In this document: one piece after another, positions 17,633 to 26,419 of the stretch
Layout of the letters: each line of letters begins with the position of its first letter
Position numbering within the stretch: the first letter of the stretch is position 1
Virus record (IMG/VR): IMGVR_UViG_3300048065_001102
Strand: one strand, 5' to 3'
DNA: 64,000 bases
DNA from: an uncultured virus (IMG/VR IMGVR_UViG_3300048065_001102)
Taxonomy: Duplodnaviria > Heunggongvirae > Uroviricota > Caudoviricetes
Made by a program: the position numbers and the translations under genes
The notes under the pieces: generated by a model
What the model saw: the letters and a program-made list of their open reading frames with translations, nothing else
Told to the model about the DNA's origin: nothing
Databases searched by the model: none

Positions 17633-19534
17633 TTATTTTTTAATCAAACTAAAATAATCCTTGCATTTGTCGTTATCGTGCAATGGAAGCAATGTAAACA
17701 ACAAACTATTTGTTATAGTAACTATATTTTTCATTGTATTTTCGCAGAAATTGTTATCAATAAACAAAGTGAAATCATCAATCAGTTCTGTTCGGTAAGT
17801 ATCTGATATTGTTTTGTTTTGCATTACTTCATCATATCCAATCAATGACTGATAAATTTTGGCATAATCATAAAATATATCACCATAAATTGAAGTTTGA
17901 TTTCCGAGTGTTCCTCTTGGATCAATTAGTTTTATGTTTCCTATTTTGTCCATTAAAACATTAGAAAACACAGGGTCACCGTGTATTATACCAAATTGAC
18001 CTTGCTTAGTTGATTCGTAATTTGTAAGTTCTTTTTCAAGTTTTTTGTAAATTCTATCAGCATTTTTATAGTCAGAATAATCATAAGAAGCATATCGTTT
18101 TTTCAACTTATTTGTATAATTTTCATAAATATCAATGTTTGTATTTTTGCTTTTATGTGAGTGAATTTGTTTTATTGTATTTAATAGTTTTTTCAATCCA
18201 TCTGTATTGAGACTTTCCGACAAAAACAATTCTTGAAATGTAAGTCCTTGAATTCGTTCAATGCAATACTCTGAGTATTTTTTATCATCATAAGAAATTA
18301 AACTTGGTGCAACATTATACAATTTTCTTGGTAAATTAAGATACCATTCAATTTCACCTTTAAGTTTATTTACATTTTCTGATTTTTTTGTGATCACAGG
18401 TATCGTATCATCTTCAAGTGAATTGAAATCTCGTTCGTCTATTGAAAAATTATTTACTCCAAGTTCTTGTTGGTAATCATCAAATGCATTGATAACTAAA
18501 TCATCAATATATGCGTGTGCATATGGTTTTCCGAAATACAATTCGTCATATGGAATTTCAAAGTTTTCTAAAGTATCAATTGTAATCTTACCCACATCAG
18601 CAGTTATTTTTCCTACATTGCCATTGTGAGTTTTCATTCTTCTTGCAGTATAAATTATAATCGTACACCCAAGTTTTTTAAGAAATCTTGCAAACTCTAT
18701 ATTTTCTGATATAGGTTCAACTGATGTGTAATCCGATGGAATTCTAGGATAAGTAACTAATGTGTTATCAAAGTCAAAGCAGATACGATACTTCTTAAAG
18801 TAATCAAGATTTTTGTTTTGCATAAATTTGTTTTGAAACAACTTATACTGAAATGGAGTTCCCACTACATCAAAATCACTTTCGTTTATTACGTTTGCTA
18901 CAAACTTCTTTTTGTCGTTCATCATTTCTGATATAACACGACTCATATAAAACTCATTACCAAAACGCAAATCGTCATCAATTATTTTTTTGCAGTATTT
19001 ACGCAACTCACTCAATTTAGCAAATGCATAACATCCTGTATTTGCGAATTCAGTTATTCTGTTTTTCTCGGCAATTTTATTGATGATTTTATTTTCATTA
19101 AATCCAACATAAGAATAAACAGGACGATCATCACTTTGTTGAAAGCAAAACACCATATTCTTTTGCTTGCTCATACGATACAAAGCAAGAATATCAATAC
19201 CATAAAAAGTATCACCGTCAAGCAAAATCGTATTTTTATCGTTCTGAATGTTTTGTGTGCCAATGTAAATTGTTTCGGCAGCTCCATGTGTGTCAGTATC
19301 CAAATAGATTATATTGTAATCCGGATACTTCTTTTTGACCTCATCCTCAAAACGATATTTTTTTAAAGACTTGTTGCATATTAAATATACATTATCTTGT
19401 TTACCTACACTCAGATTATCAAGCAACCAAAAAATAATTGGTTTAAAAAACAAACGAATAATTGGTTTTGGTAAACGATAACCGAACTCAGAAAATCTTT
19501 TACCAAGCCCTCCTAGCGGAATAATTATATTCAC
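17633..19534 (-). CDS. trifunctional nucleotidyltransferase / HAD phosphatase / APH-choline-kinase-like protein
   Basis: IIPLGGLGKRF..PKP (NTP transferase); ICFDFDNTL, YTARRM, FGKP, YIDD (EcbF/BcbF-type HAD); IHGDPVFSN, IDPRG, YDYAK (kinase). Confidence 0.85.
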   Translation of the reverse strand: MNIIIPLGGLGKRFSEFGYRLPKPIIRLFFKPIIFWLLDNLSVGKQDNVYLICNKSLKKYRFEDEVKKKYPDYNIIYLDTDTHGAAETIYIGTQNIQNDKNTILLDGDTFYGIDILALYRMSKQKNMVFCFQQSDDRPVYSYVGFNENKIINKIAEKNRITEFANTGCYAFAKLSELRKYCKKIIDDDLRFGNEFYMSRVISEMMNDKKKFVANVINESDFDVVGTPFQYKLFQNKFMQNKNLDYFKKYRICFDFDNTLVTYPRIPSDYTSVEPISENIEFARFLKKLGCTIIIYTARRMKTHNGNVGKITADVGKITIDTLENFEIPYDELYFGKPYAHAYIDDLVINAFDDYQQELGVNNFSIDERDFNSLEDDTIPVITKKSENVNKLKGEIEWYLNLPRKLYNVAPSLISYDDKKYSEYCIERIQGLTFQELFLSESLNTDGLKKLLNTIKQIHSHKSKNTNIDIYENYTNKLKKRYASYDYSDYKNADRIYKKLEKELTNYESTKQGQFGIIHGDPVFSNVLMDKIGNIKLIDPRGTLGNQTSIYGDIFYDYAKIYQSLIGYDEVMQNKTISDTYRTELIDDFTLFIDNNFCENTMKNIVTITNSLLFTLLPLHDNDKCKDYFSLIKK

Positions 19535-19557
19535 TCATTATCTCCATCTTTCTGTTT

Positions 19558-20583
19558 TTATACACCTGCTTCTTTAGAATAATTCAAACTTGCGTCTTGT
19601 TTTCCTTCTTTGATCTCATTGTAAATCCAGGCATATGTTTTTTCCAAACCTTCTTGCAATCCAACACTTGGCTCCCAACCTGTGACTTCTTTGATTAAAG
19701 TGTTGTCAGAATTTCTTCCACGAACACCTTGAGGTTTTGTTAAATCGTATTTTCTATCAACTTCAATACCAGCAATTTTTTCAATCATATCAATAAGTTG
19801 ATTGATGCTGACCATTTCACTGCTTCCAAGATTCAATGGTTTAGTATAATCACTTTCCCACATTTTATCCATTCCTGTGATGCAGTCATCAATGTACATG
19901 AATGAACGAGTTTGTTCTCCGTCACCCCATACTTCAATTTCGTGATTTCCACTTAATTTTGCTTCAATGATTTTACGACACAACGCAGCCGGTGCTTTTT
20001 CACGACCACCTTGCCAAGTACCATAAGGACCATAAACATTGTGATAACGAGGAATGCGAACATTCATATCATAATCTGCTTCGTAAAAGTTGGTAAGAAT
20101 TTCGTTGAATAATTTTTCCCATCCATATCCACTTTCTGGATCAGCAGGATACGCATCAGGTTCTGCTAATGCTTGATCGGCTGCACTTTTAATCTCGGTT
20201 TGTTTGTAAGTAGGATATGCACAAGCACTACTACTATAAAGAAAGTCTTTGATACCATGCTCTTTAGCTGCTACAAGCATATGAACATTAATAAGAACAC
20301 TGAGCATACACAATGCGTGGTTGTTTTCAATGAAACCCATTCCACCCATATTACAAGCAAGATTGTATACCATGTCCATGCCTTCGGCTGCTTTCATGCA
20401 GTTTTCACGCAATTCAAGGTCAAGAACAAGTTGCTCTGTTCCTTCAACTGGTTGATACCACTGCTCTAGTGGTTTTTTGTCAACCACACGCACATTATGA
20501 CCTTGTTCTTGAAGGTCTTTTGCTAAATGTCCAGCGATGAATCCTCCACCACCACATACAAGTATATTTCTTTTATCTGCCAT
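19558..20583 (-). CDS. NAD-dependent epimerase, GDP-mannose 3,5-epimerase-like
   Basis: GGGGFIAG, LACNMGGMGFI, SSSACAYP, YGWEKL, GGREKAPAA, GVRGRNSDN are characteristic of GME-type extended SDRs. Confidence 0.9.
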   Translation of the reverse strand: MADKRNILVCGGGGFIAGHLAKDLQEQGHNVRVVDKKPLEQWYQPVEGTEQLVLDLELRENCMKAAEGMDMVYNLACNMGGMGFIENNHALCMLSVLINVHMLVAAKEHGIKDFLYSSSACAYPTYKQTEIKSAADQALAEPDAYPADPESGYGWEKLFNEILTNFYEADYDMNVRIPRYHNVYGPYGTWQGGREKAPAALCRKIIEAKLSGNHEIEVWGDGEQTRSFMYIDDCITGMDKMWESDYTKPLNLGSSEMVSINQLIDMIEKIAGIEVDRKYDLTKPQGVRGRNSDNTLIKEVTGWEPSVGLQEGLEKTYAWIYNEIKEGKQDASLNYSKEAGV

Positions 20584-20620
20584 GTATATAATTAGTTGTT
20601 ATAATAAGTTTTTGATATAG

Positions 20621-21217
20621 TTATTTCCCAAATTCATACCCGAAATACTCAATGTCTTTTGCGTATTTTTCCGCAACGATTTGTTTTGTTTCTTCATCGT
20701 AATATTCGGTATAGTGTTTGTGTTTTGTTTTATTTTTTATCGGTAAAATCAATTTTTCACAATTGCTTTTTTGCTCAATAAATCTCAATGTATCGTTTAT
20801 ATTTTCAAGTTTTCCTATGTGCTTTAAATAATTTGTTTTATTATTTTCATCACAAATCATATCAAACTGACACTTAAAGTGTTCTTGTTGGTAAATATTG
20901 AATTTATCAATTGAAGTTGTCATAAACTTCTTAAAAGAATAATTGTGCATTTGAGTGTTATTCCAAAAAACACTCGGACATCTTGTAGTGTATCTCCACG
21001 CGGATACTAATCTTTCCCAAGGATTTCTTACTATTGTAAAAAATGTATAATCATTGTTTGAATTTATATCTTTGTATAATTCATCTTTATTTTTGTATGA
21101 AATAGCATTATTTACTTTATGAAAAAAATGATGTATTTTGAATTTGATTTCATTTTTATCAAGACAATTAACCAACGAAGTCGATCCGGTTTTTGTTACT
21201 CTAACATAATATAACAT
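20621..21217 (-). CDS. sulfotransferase (Sulfotransfer_2-like)
   Basis: YVRVTKTGSTS, VRNPWERLVS, conserved tail. Confidence 0.85.
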   Translation of the reverse strand: MLYYVRVTKTGSTSLVNCLDKNEIKFKIHHFFHKVNNAISYKNKDELYKDINSNNDYTFFTIVRNPWERLVSAWRYTTRCPSVFWNNTQMHNYSFKKFMTTSIDKFNIYQQEHFKCQFDMICDENNKTNYLKHIGKLENINDTLRFIEQKSNCEKLILPIKNKTKHKHYTEYYDEETKQIVAEKYAKDIEYFGYEFGK

Positions 21218-21223
21218 TTAAAA

Positions 21224-21877
21224 TTATTTCCCAAATTCATATCCAAAATACTCAATATCTTTTGCGTATTTTTCCGCAACTATTTCACGGGTTTCATTAT
21301 CATAATATTCGGTATAGTGTTTGTGTTTTGTTGGATTTCTATGTGGTAATTTCAAATTTTTAAATCTAAGTTTTTTACAAATGTAATCAAAGTCAGTTTG
21401 CATATCCTCACACCTACCAATAAAATTAATCATTTTATATTTACTTGCATTTAAAACATAATCAATTTGCAAATCCTCATGTCCTGGATAAAAGTATGTT
21501 GAATGGTCTCCTTTAACAAAATCATTAAAAGTAGGAAATTTTTTTTTAAAATTAATAAGTCGTTCTTTTAAACCTCTTTTTTTATATGATTTTTGTAGAT
21601 AAAAATAAGAACTTAGAAATCGTTCATACGGATTTCTAATAAAAGTAAATGTAAAATATTTTTTTTCAGAATCATTTTTAAATTTGTCAATTTTTCTGTG
21701 CTGAGTGTATTCACCTTCATATTTGTACCATATTCTAAACTTTTCTTTTAAGTCTTTTGAAATTTTACCTGAGTCACGTGGATTAACTCCCTCGTTTTTA
21801 AGAAGTGCAAACTCAATACTTGTACCACCACATTTTGGTATATGTACAAAAATATATCTATGTGCATGACTTATCAA
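21224..21877 (-). CDS. sulfotransferase (Sulfotransfer_2-like)
   Basis: FVHIPKCGGTS, IRNPYERFLS, conserved tail; TTG start with GAGGG SD. Confidence 0.9.
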   Translation of the reverse strand: MISHAHRYIFVHIPKCGGTSIEFALLKNEGVNPRDSGKISKDLKEKFRIWYKYEGEYTQHRKIDKFKNDSEKKYFTFTFIRNPYERFLSSYFYLQKSYKKRGLKERLINFKKKFPTFNDFVKGDHSTYFYPGHEDLQIDYVLNASKYKMINFIGRCEDMQTDFDYICKKLRFKNLKLPHRNPTKHKHYTEYYDNETREIVAEKYAKDIEYFGYEFGK

Positions 21878-21880
21878 CCC

Positions 21881-22525
21881 TCAGTCTCCAAATTCATACC
21901 CAAAATACTCAATATCTTTTGCGTATTTTTCCGCAACGATTGAACGAGTTTCGTCATCGTAGTATTCGGTGTAGTGTTGATGTTTTGTTGGATTTCTATG
22001 TGGCAATTCAATTTTTGGTATTTTTAGTTTGCCACAAATATAATCAAAATCATATTGCATATCTTCACATCTTCCAACAAAGTTTGTAAGTTTTCCATGA
22101 TTTGAATTAAATACAAAATCTATTTGAGGAAAATTGTGTGCATAATAACAACATTTAATTCCATTGTTTTTTACAAAATGCTTAAACGTTGGATACTTTT
22201 TATTAAAATCTTCACAATTACATCCACCTACTTTTTTAATATAAAAATATTCACTTAAAAATCTTTCCCACGGATTTCTGACGAATGTAAACGTGAAATA
22301 TTTCTTTTCGTTTTCAGTTTTATATTGATCAATTTTACGATGTTGAACATCAACATTACCATATTTGTACCATAAACGAAATTTCTGTTGTTCATCGTGT
22401 GTAAGATTCCACTTCAATATTCGTTCTTCTGGTATACCCTCGTTTTTCAACAATGTTTGTTCCACACTCGTTCCACCACATTTCGGAATGTGAATAAAAA
22501 TAAATTTATGTTTATGACTTATCAT
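21881..22525 (-). CDS. sulfotransferase (Sulfotransfer_2-like)
   Basis: FIHIPKCGGTS, VRNPWERFLS; close paralogue of 21224-21877. Confidence 0.9.
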   Translation of the reverse strand: MISHKHKFIFIHIPKCGGTSVEQTLLKNEGIPEERILKWNLTHDEQQKFRLWYKYGNVDVQHRKIDQYKTENEKKYFTFTFVRNPWERFLSEYFYIKKVGGCNCEDFNKKYPTFKHFVKNNGIKCCYYAHNFPQIDFVFNSNHGKLTNFVGRCEDMQYDFDYICGKLKIPKIELPHRNPTKHQHYTEYYDDETRSIVAEKYAKDIEYFGYEFGD

Positions 22526-23298
22526 TCTGTGTCACTACATTCGGTGTTAAAATCTGTATTATGCATTTGCTCTCTTGGCAATACATTCAATGATTTAAGT
22601 CTTTGTATTGAATATTCGTCCTCCTTAATATTCTCCGGAATAAGTTCTGTGTGAATATACTCAGATGATGTCAATGTTCTTTCAAATCTTGCATTGTTGC
22701 AATACAAATACATTAATCCAATTTCTGTTTGAGGAAATGCAGTTTGCATCTTATTTATGAACTCGTTTAAATGTTCATCTTGGTTTGTGGAATGAACTCG
22801 TTTTAGTTGTCGTTTTTCATCTGCTCTGAAAAACAATATTTTGTTTTTGCTTTTTAATTGTGAGACAAGACGTTGTTGACGATTACCAAATACTCTTTTC
22901 ATATCTTCCCAAATTGGTTGAATATCAAGTTTGTCCGAAACTTTCCATTCATGTAGTTCATCTTTTGTCATTGTTTCTTTAAACCATACATCTGCAAAGT
23001 GAGGATAATAAACATTCGGTGTGTTTTTATGCCAAACGATTTTATTACGAATCTCGGTGCTTCTTGGTGCAATTTCGTTTTTGATTTCCCAATCATTTAT
23101 GTCATCAAAATAATTTGCGAATTCAGTGGACATCAAATCTGCGGTTTCTGTAAGTCCTTCAACTGTATCCATGTTATCAAATGGACTTGAATAATAACGA
23201 ACTTCTGCGGAACGTGATATTCCTAAAGTATTGCATTTGATGCCTAAATTAACGACAATGTTCCAGTCTATATCAAATATTTTTGATGAATCCCCCAT
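22522..23298 (-). CDS. DUF1796-like (putative papain-like cysteine peptidase) protein
   Basis: VNLGIKC...SSPFD...YPH...R..RL...ILFFR. Confidence 0.55.
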   Translation of the reverse strand: MGDSSKIFDIDWNIVVNLGIKCNTLGISRSAEVRYYSSPFDNMDTVEGLTETADLMSTEFANYFDDINDWEIKNEIAPRSTEIRNKIVWHKNTPNVYYPHFADVWFKETMTKDELHEWKVSDKLDIQPIWEDMKRVFGNRQQRLVSQLKSKNKILFFRADEKRQLKRVHSTNQDEHLNEFINKMQTAFPQTEIGLMYLYCNNARFERTLTSSEYIHTELIPENIKEDEYSIQRLKSLNVLPREQMHNTDFNTECSDTE

Positions 23299-23302
23299 GT
23301 AA

Positions 23303-23311
23303 TATAAATAT
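23303..23311 (-). promoter_or_regulatory. ATATTTATA motif (putative late promoter)
   Basis: 4 nt upstream of ATG 23298, no SD. Confidence 0.5.
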
Positions 23312-23314
23312 TAG

Positions 23315-24208
23315 TTAGTGAGTTTTTATAATACTTATGTTTTTATTAAAACACATTAAATATCCAATGTATCTTTCAATTGCGTGTTCTATCATACAAT
23401 CAGGTAAACCACGAAAACCATGCTCTAAAAGTTCAAAATAATTTTTGGCATTTTTACGTTGACGCATAATTCTTGATTTTCTTGTCATTGGTTGATTGTA
23501 AACATCATTTTTCATTCTGCGAAACTCTGAGTTGTAATAATCAGTATCGTCCATGATGTCGCACCAAAATTTATCGTTTTTATTTTTGTCTGATAATAAC
23601 TCGTAAATTTGATTAAAGTTATTTAACAGAACATCAAAAAATTTGCATTTTGAAACAAAAATCTTTCCTGAATTGTACTTCCATGTTTTCAGATTTTCAT
23701 GCGGAAACAAATGTTGATACATTTTTAATATCTGAAGATTTTTATCATTCTGCTCTATATCCACATACTTGAATTCAGAAATCATCGTGTCGCAATTTCC
23801 TTGCAACACATTGATGTTTCTTATATTAAGTAAATTGTTTCTCCATATATCGTTGCTCTTGGAATGTACACAAAATACGTAGTCGTATTGATTTTTAACA
23901 AAATTTAATCCGATTAAAAACGGACCAATGTCCCATCCTCTGTTTGGTACAATTATTGTTTTGTCACGATAAATACTTTTGTATTTTTCAATTAAATCAT
24001 TTGAACAAGTGCAACCAAATTCATAAATTTCATTTTCGTATTTTTTGTATGAAAAATTTCCATTGAAAATTTGCATTGAATTTAATGTCAATAATACATC
24101 AATTTCGTTTGCATAGATTTGCTTTATTTCATTTACCAAATTTTCATAATATGAAACTTGCTTCTCATCTAAATTTGATAATGAAAGAATTAAAATTATT
24201 TTACTCAT
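23315..24208 (-). CDS. RgpF-like (rhamnan synthesis F) glycosyltransferase
   Basis: VPNRGWDIGPFL, VHSKS, WR, EHAIER. Confidence 0.7.
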   Translation of the reverse strand: MSKIILILSLSNLDEKQVSYYENLVNEIKQIYANEIDVLLTLNSMQIFNGNFSYKKYENEIYEFGCTCSNDLIEKYKSIYRDKTIIVPNRGWDIGPFLIGLNFVKNQYDYVFCVHSKSNDIWRNNLLNIRNINVLQGNCDTMISEFKYVDIEQNDKNLQILKMYQHLFPHENLKTWKYNSGKIFVSKCKFFDVLLNNFNQIYELLSDKNKNDKFWCDIMDDTDYYNSEFRRMKNDVYNQPMTRKSRIMRQRKNAKNYFELLEHGFRGLPDCMIEHAIERYIGYLMCFNKNISIIKTH

Positions 24209-24825
24209 TCTCCAAATTTGTACCCGAAATACTCAATGTCCTTTGCATATTTTTCCGCAACGATTTGTTTCGTTGCATCGTCATAGTATTCGGTGTAGTG
24301 GTTGTGTTTTGTTGAATTTTTGTGTGGAAGTTTTTGCTGTGGAATTCCAATTTTATCACAAACGATGTTGAAGTCTTCTTGAAGGTTTTCAAGTTTGCCT
24401 ATAAAATTGACTGCAATAGTTCCATTAACCATATAGTATTTTTCATATGAGCTCGGAATAAATTTGTCTATGTTACCTATAAAATCATTAAATGAATTTA
24501 TATTTGCTATTTGTTTACAATAAGTGTCTTCGTGAAGTGCATCTCGTTCTAATAACCTTTTGTATCGTTTATTTAGGTAATGATAGAAAGAAACAGTATG
24601 ATCCCACGGATTTCTTACGAAAGCAAATTTAAAATAATCACTATAATTCCAATTCTGTGAAACAAAGTATTCATGTGTTTCTGTTGCAGTTTTGTGAAAA
24701 TAATAAGGAGAGGTTCTATCCTCCATTGGTAGTATTTCACAAAAAACCTCTAAACTGCTCGTTATAGTTGTCCCGGCAGTTTTAGGAATGTGCACAAATA
24801 TAAATTTATGTTTATGACTTATCAT
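24205..24825 (-). CDS. sulfotransferase (Sulfotransfer_2-like)
   Basis: FVHIPKTAGTT, FVRNPWDHTVS, conserved tail. Confidence 0.9.
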   Translation of the reverse strand: MISHKHKFIFVHIPKTAGTTITSSLEVFCEILPMEDRTSPYYFHKTATETHEYFVSQNWNYSDYFKFAFVRNPWDHTVSFYHYLNKRYKRLLERDALHEDTYCKQIANINSFNDFIGNIDKFIPSSYEKYYMVNGTIAVNFIGKLENLQEDFNIVCDKIGIPQQKLPHKNSTKHNHYTEYYDDATKQIVAEKYAKDIEYFGYKFGE

Positions 24826-25652
24826 TCTTCTTCCTCTGATCCATTTACATATAAAAGATTCATTGCATAATTGAAACAGGCAAATGCGTGTCTATTTTTA
24901 AAGAATACACAATCGGTTTCTATTACAAACGGATTGCCGGCTTTTCCAAGTTTCAGTTTCTCATATATCCACATATTATTTGCATAATCTGACAAATATT
25001 TACTTATACAAAACTTTTTAACCCATTTAGTTTTAAATATAAAAAAATTATTTGGGCCAGAGGAAAACTTTTCCATGTCCATCACCCCACTTTCTTTGAT
25101 AATTTTGTCATGCTTTTCGAACCATCGAACAATCCATCTACCTTGACCTATGTTCCGATCTAGCAACGGTAGACCTGGAACAAAGTTGGGAGCCTTTCGA
25201 GTATTGTGTTTTGTCTCAATAGACGCACTTTTGGTGTGACAAAAAATACACATATCATACTCCAACAACATATTTCGTATAGTTGAATCGCACATCATCT
25301 CAATTATACTCTCTACTTCACCAAGTTTATGTGATTGTGGTTTCAACTTACATAGAGATTTTTTTTGTTTAAAATATTGCTTTGAAACTCCATAATAACC
25401 AGATTCATTATGATCGACTGAAACAATATGAACTTTTGAATACGAATTAAGCAATTTTAAAGTATCATTTAATTTTGATGAATCTGCATATCTAATTCTA
25501 ACCAATATTAAACCACATTTATCGTATACACCAGTTTCTACAAATAAATCAAAATAGTCTTTAACAATTTCTGACGTTTCATTACATAAAAATATATGAA
25601 AAACCATTGCAATTGAATTATCAACCTTAGTATCTGTCTTTCCGTTATACAT
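24822..25652 (-). CDS. hypothetical protein, possibly glycosyltransferase-like
   Basis: 276-aa ORF with GGGG SD; IFCHTKS motif resembles RgpF-type HxK; context only. Confidence 0.45.
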   Translation of the reverse strand: MYNGKTDTKVDNSIAMVFHIFLCNETSEIVKDYFDLFVETGVYDKCGLILVRIRYADSSKLNDTLKLLNSYSKVHIVSVDHNESGYYGVSKQYFKQKKSLCKLKPQSHKLGEVESIIEMMCDSTIRNMLLEYDMCIFCHTKSASIETKHNTRKAPNFVPGLPLLDRNIGQGRWIVRWFEKHDKIIKESGVMDMEKFSSGPNNFFIFKTKWVKKFCISKYLSDYANNMWIYEKLKLGKAGNPFVIETDCVFFKNRHAFACFNYAMNLLYVNGSEEEE

Positions 25653-25686
25653 TTTATACCCCCTTACTATTTATTTTTATTACCTA

Positions 25687-26418
25687 TTAAATTATATTTT
25701 CTACTTTTAATTGATTGTATAGTTTTTGATCCAAACTATCTGATATAATTTCACTAACTTTCTTTATCAGTTTTTTATCAACAATTTTATTTTCATTGGT
25801 GTTGCGTATGATTACATCTTCTTCATACGAAAGCATATCAAATTTTTCACAATAAAATTTAGTTATTTGTTTAGTAAAATCATTTATATTTGAAACATCT
25901 CCTACAAAATCTATTTTGTGAATATTATCAAGTGCTTCGGAAACATCACCGTTTCTTGATAAAAAACTTGTCATCAAAGTTGACATTCTCTTACAATATT
26001 CTTCTAACTGATGGTTTGGTAATTCAATCATATGAACTTTTGTTTCAGGATAATCAAAAAATTCATAATGACTTATTACTCTCGAAGTAGGATCTCTTAA
26101 AATAATGGACGATTTATGTTCACCGAATTTATCCGAGATATTGGGTGAATCGTATTTTACATGACATAATAGTATCTTAATATGACTTAATTGTTTTATG
26201 GTTTTGTGGTCTACAAACTCACGAATCTCGGATTCTGTATAAAGATTATATTTTCTTTCAAAGTAGTCTAGGCACTCTGGACAATGTATTTCTGTTTTTT
26301 TATAGAAACTAGAAAATAAATCGTTCAAAGTTTTTTGAACCGTACTTCCTCCACATTTTGGTATATGATAAAAGCAGAAGTCGGGTTTTAATAATAATCT
26401 TTTTTCTTGAAAGTTCAT
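25687..26418 (-). CDS. divergent sulfotransferase
   Basis: FYHIPKCGGST, LRDPTSRVISHY, DFVG, D..LY. Confidence 0.8.
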   Translation of the reverse strand: MNFQEKRLLLKPDFCFYHIPKCGGSTVQKTLNDLFSSFYKKTEIHCPECLDYFERKYNLYTESEIREFVDHKTIKQLSHIKILLCHVKYDSPNISDKFGEHKSSIILRDPTSRVISHYEFFDYPETKVHMIELPNHQLEEYCKRMSTLMTSFLSRNGDVSEALDNIHKIDFVGDVSNINDFTKQITKFYCEKFDMLSYEEDVIIRNTNENKIVDKKLIKKVSEIISDSLDQKLYNQLKVENII

Positions 26419-26419
26419 T

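Noticed and set aside
4147..24392. Recurring short ORFs beginning MKTSKK/MKIFKK/MKTFKK (4147, 4772, 12033, 24201)
   Set aside because: Alternative-frame readings of the conserved sulfotransferase 3' region; they reflect the DNA repeat and have no separate support.
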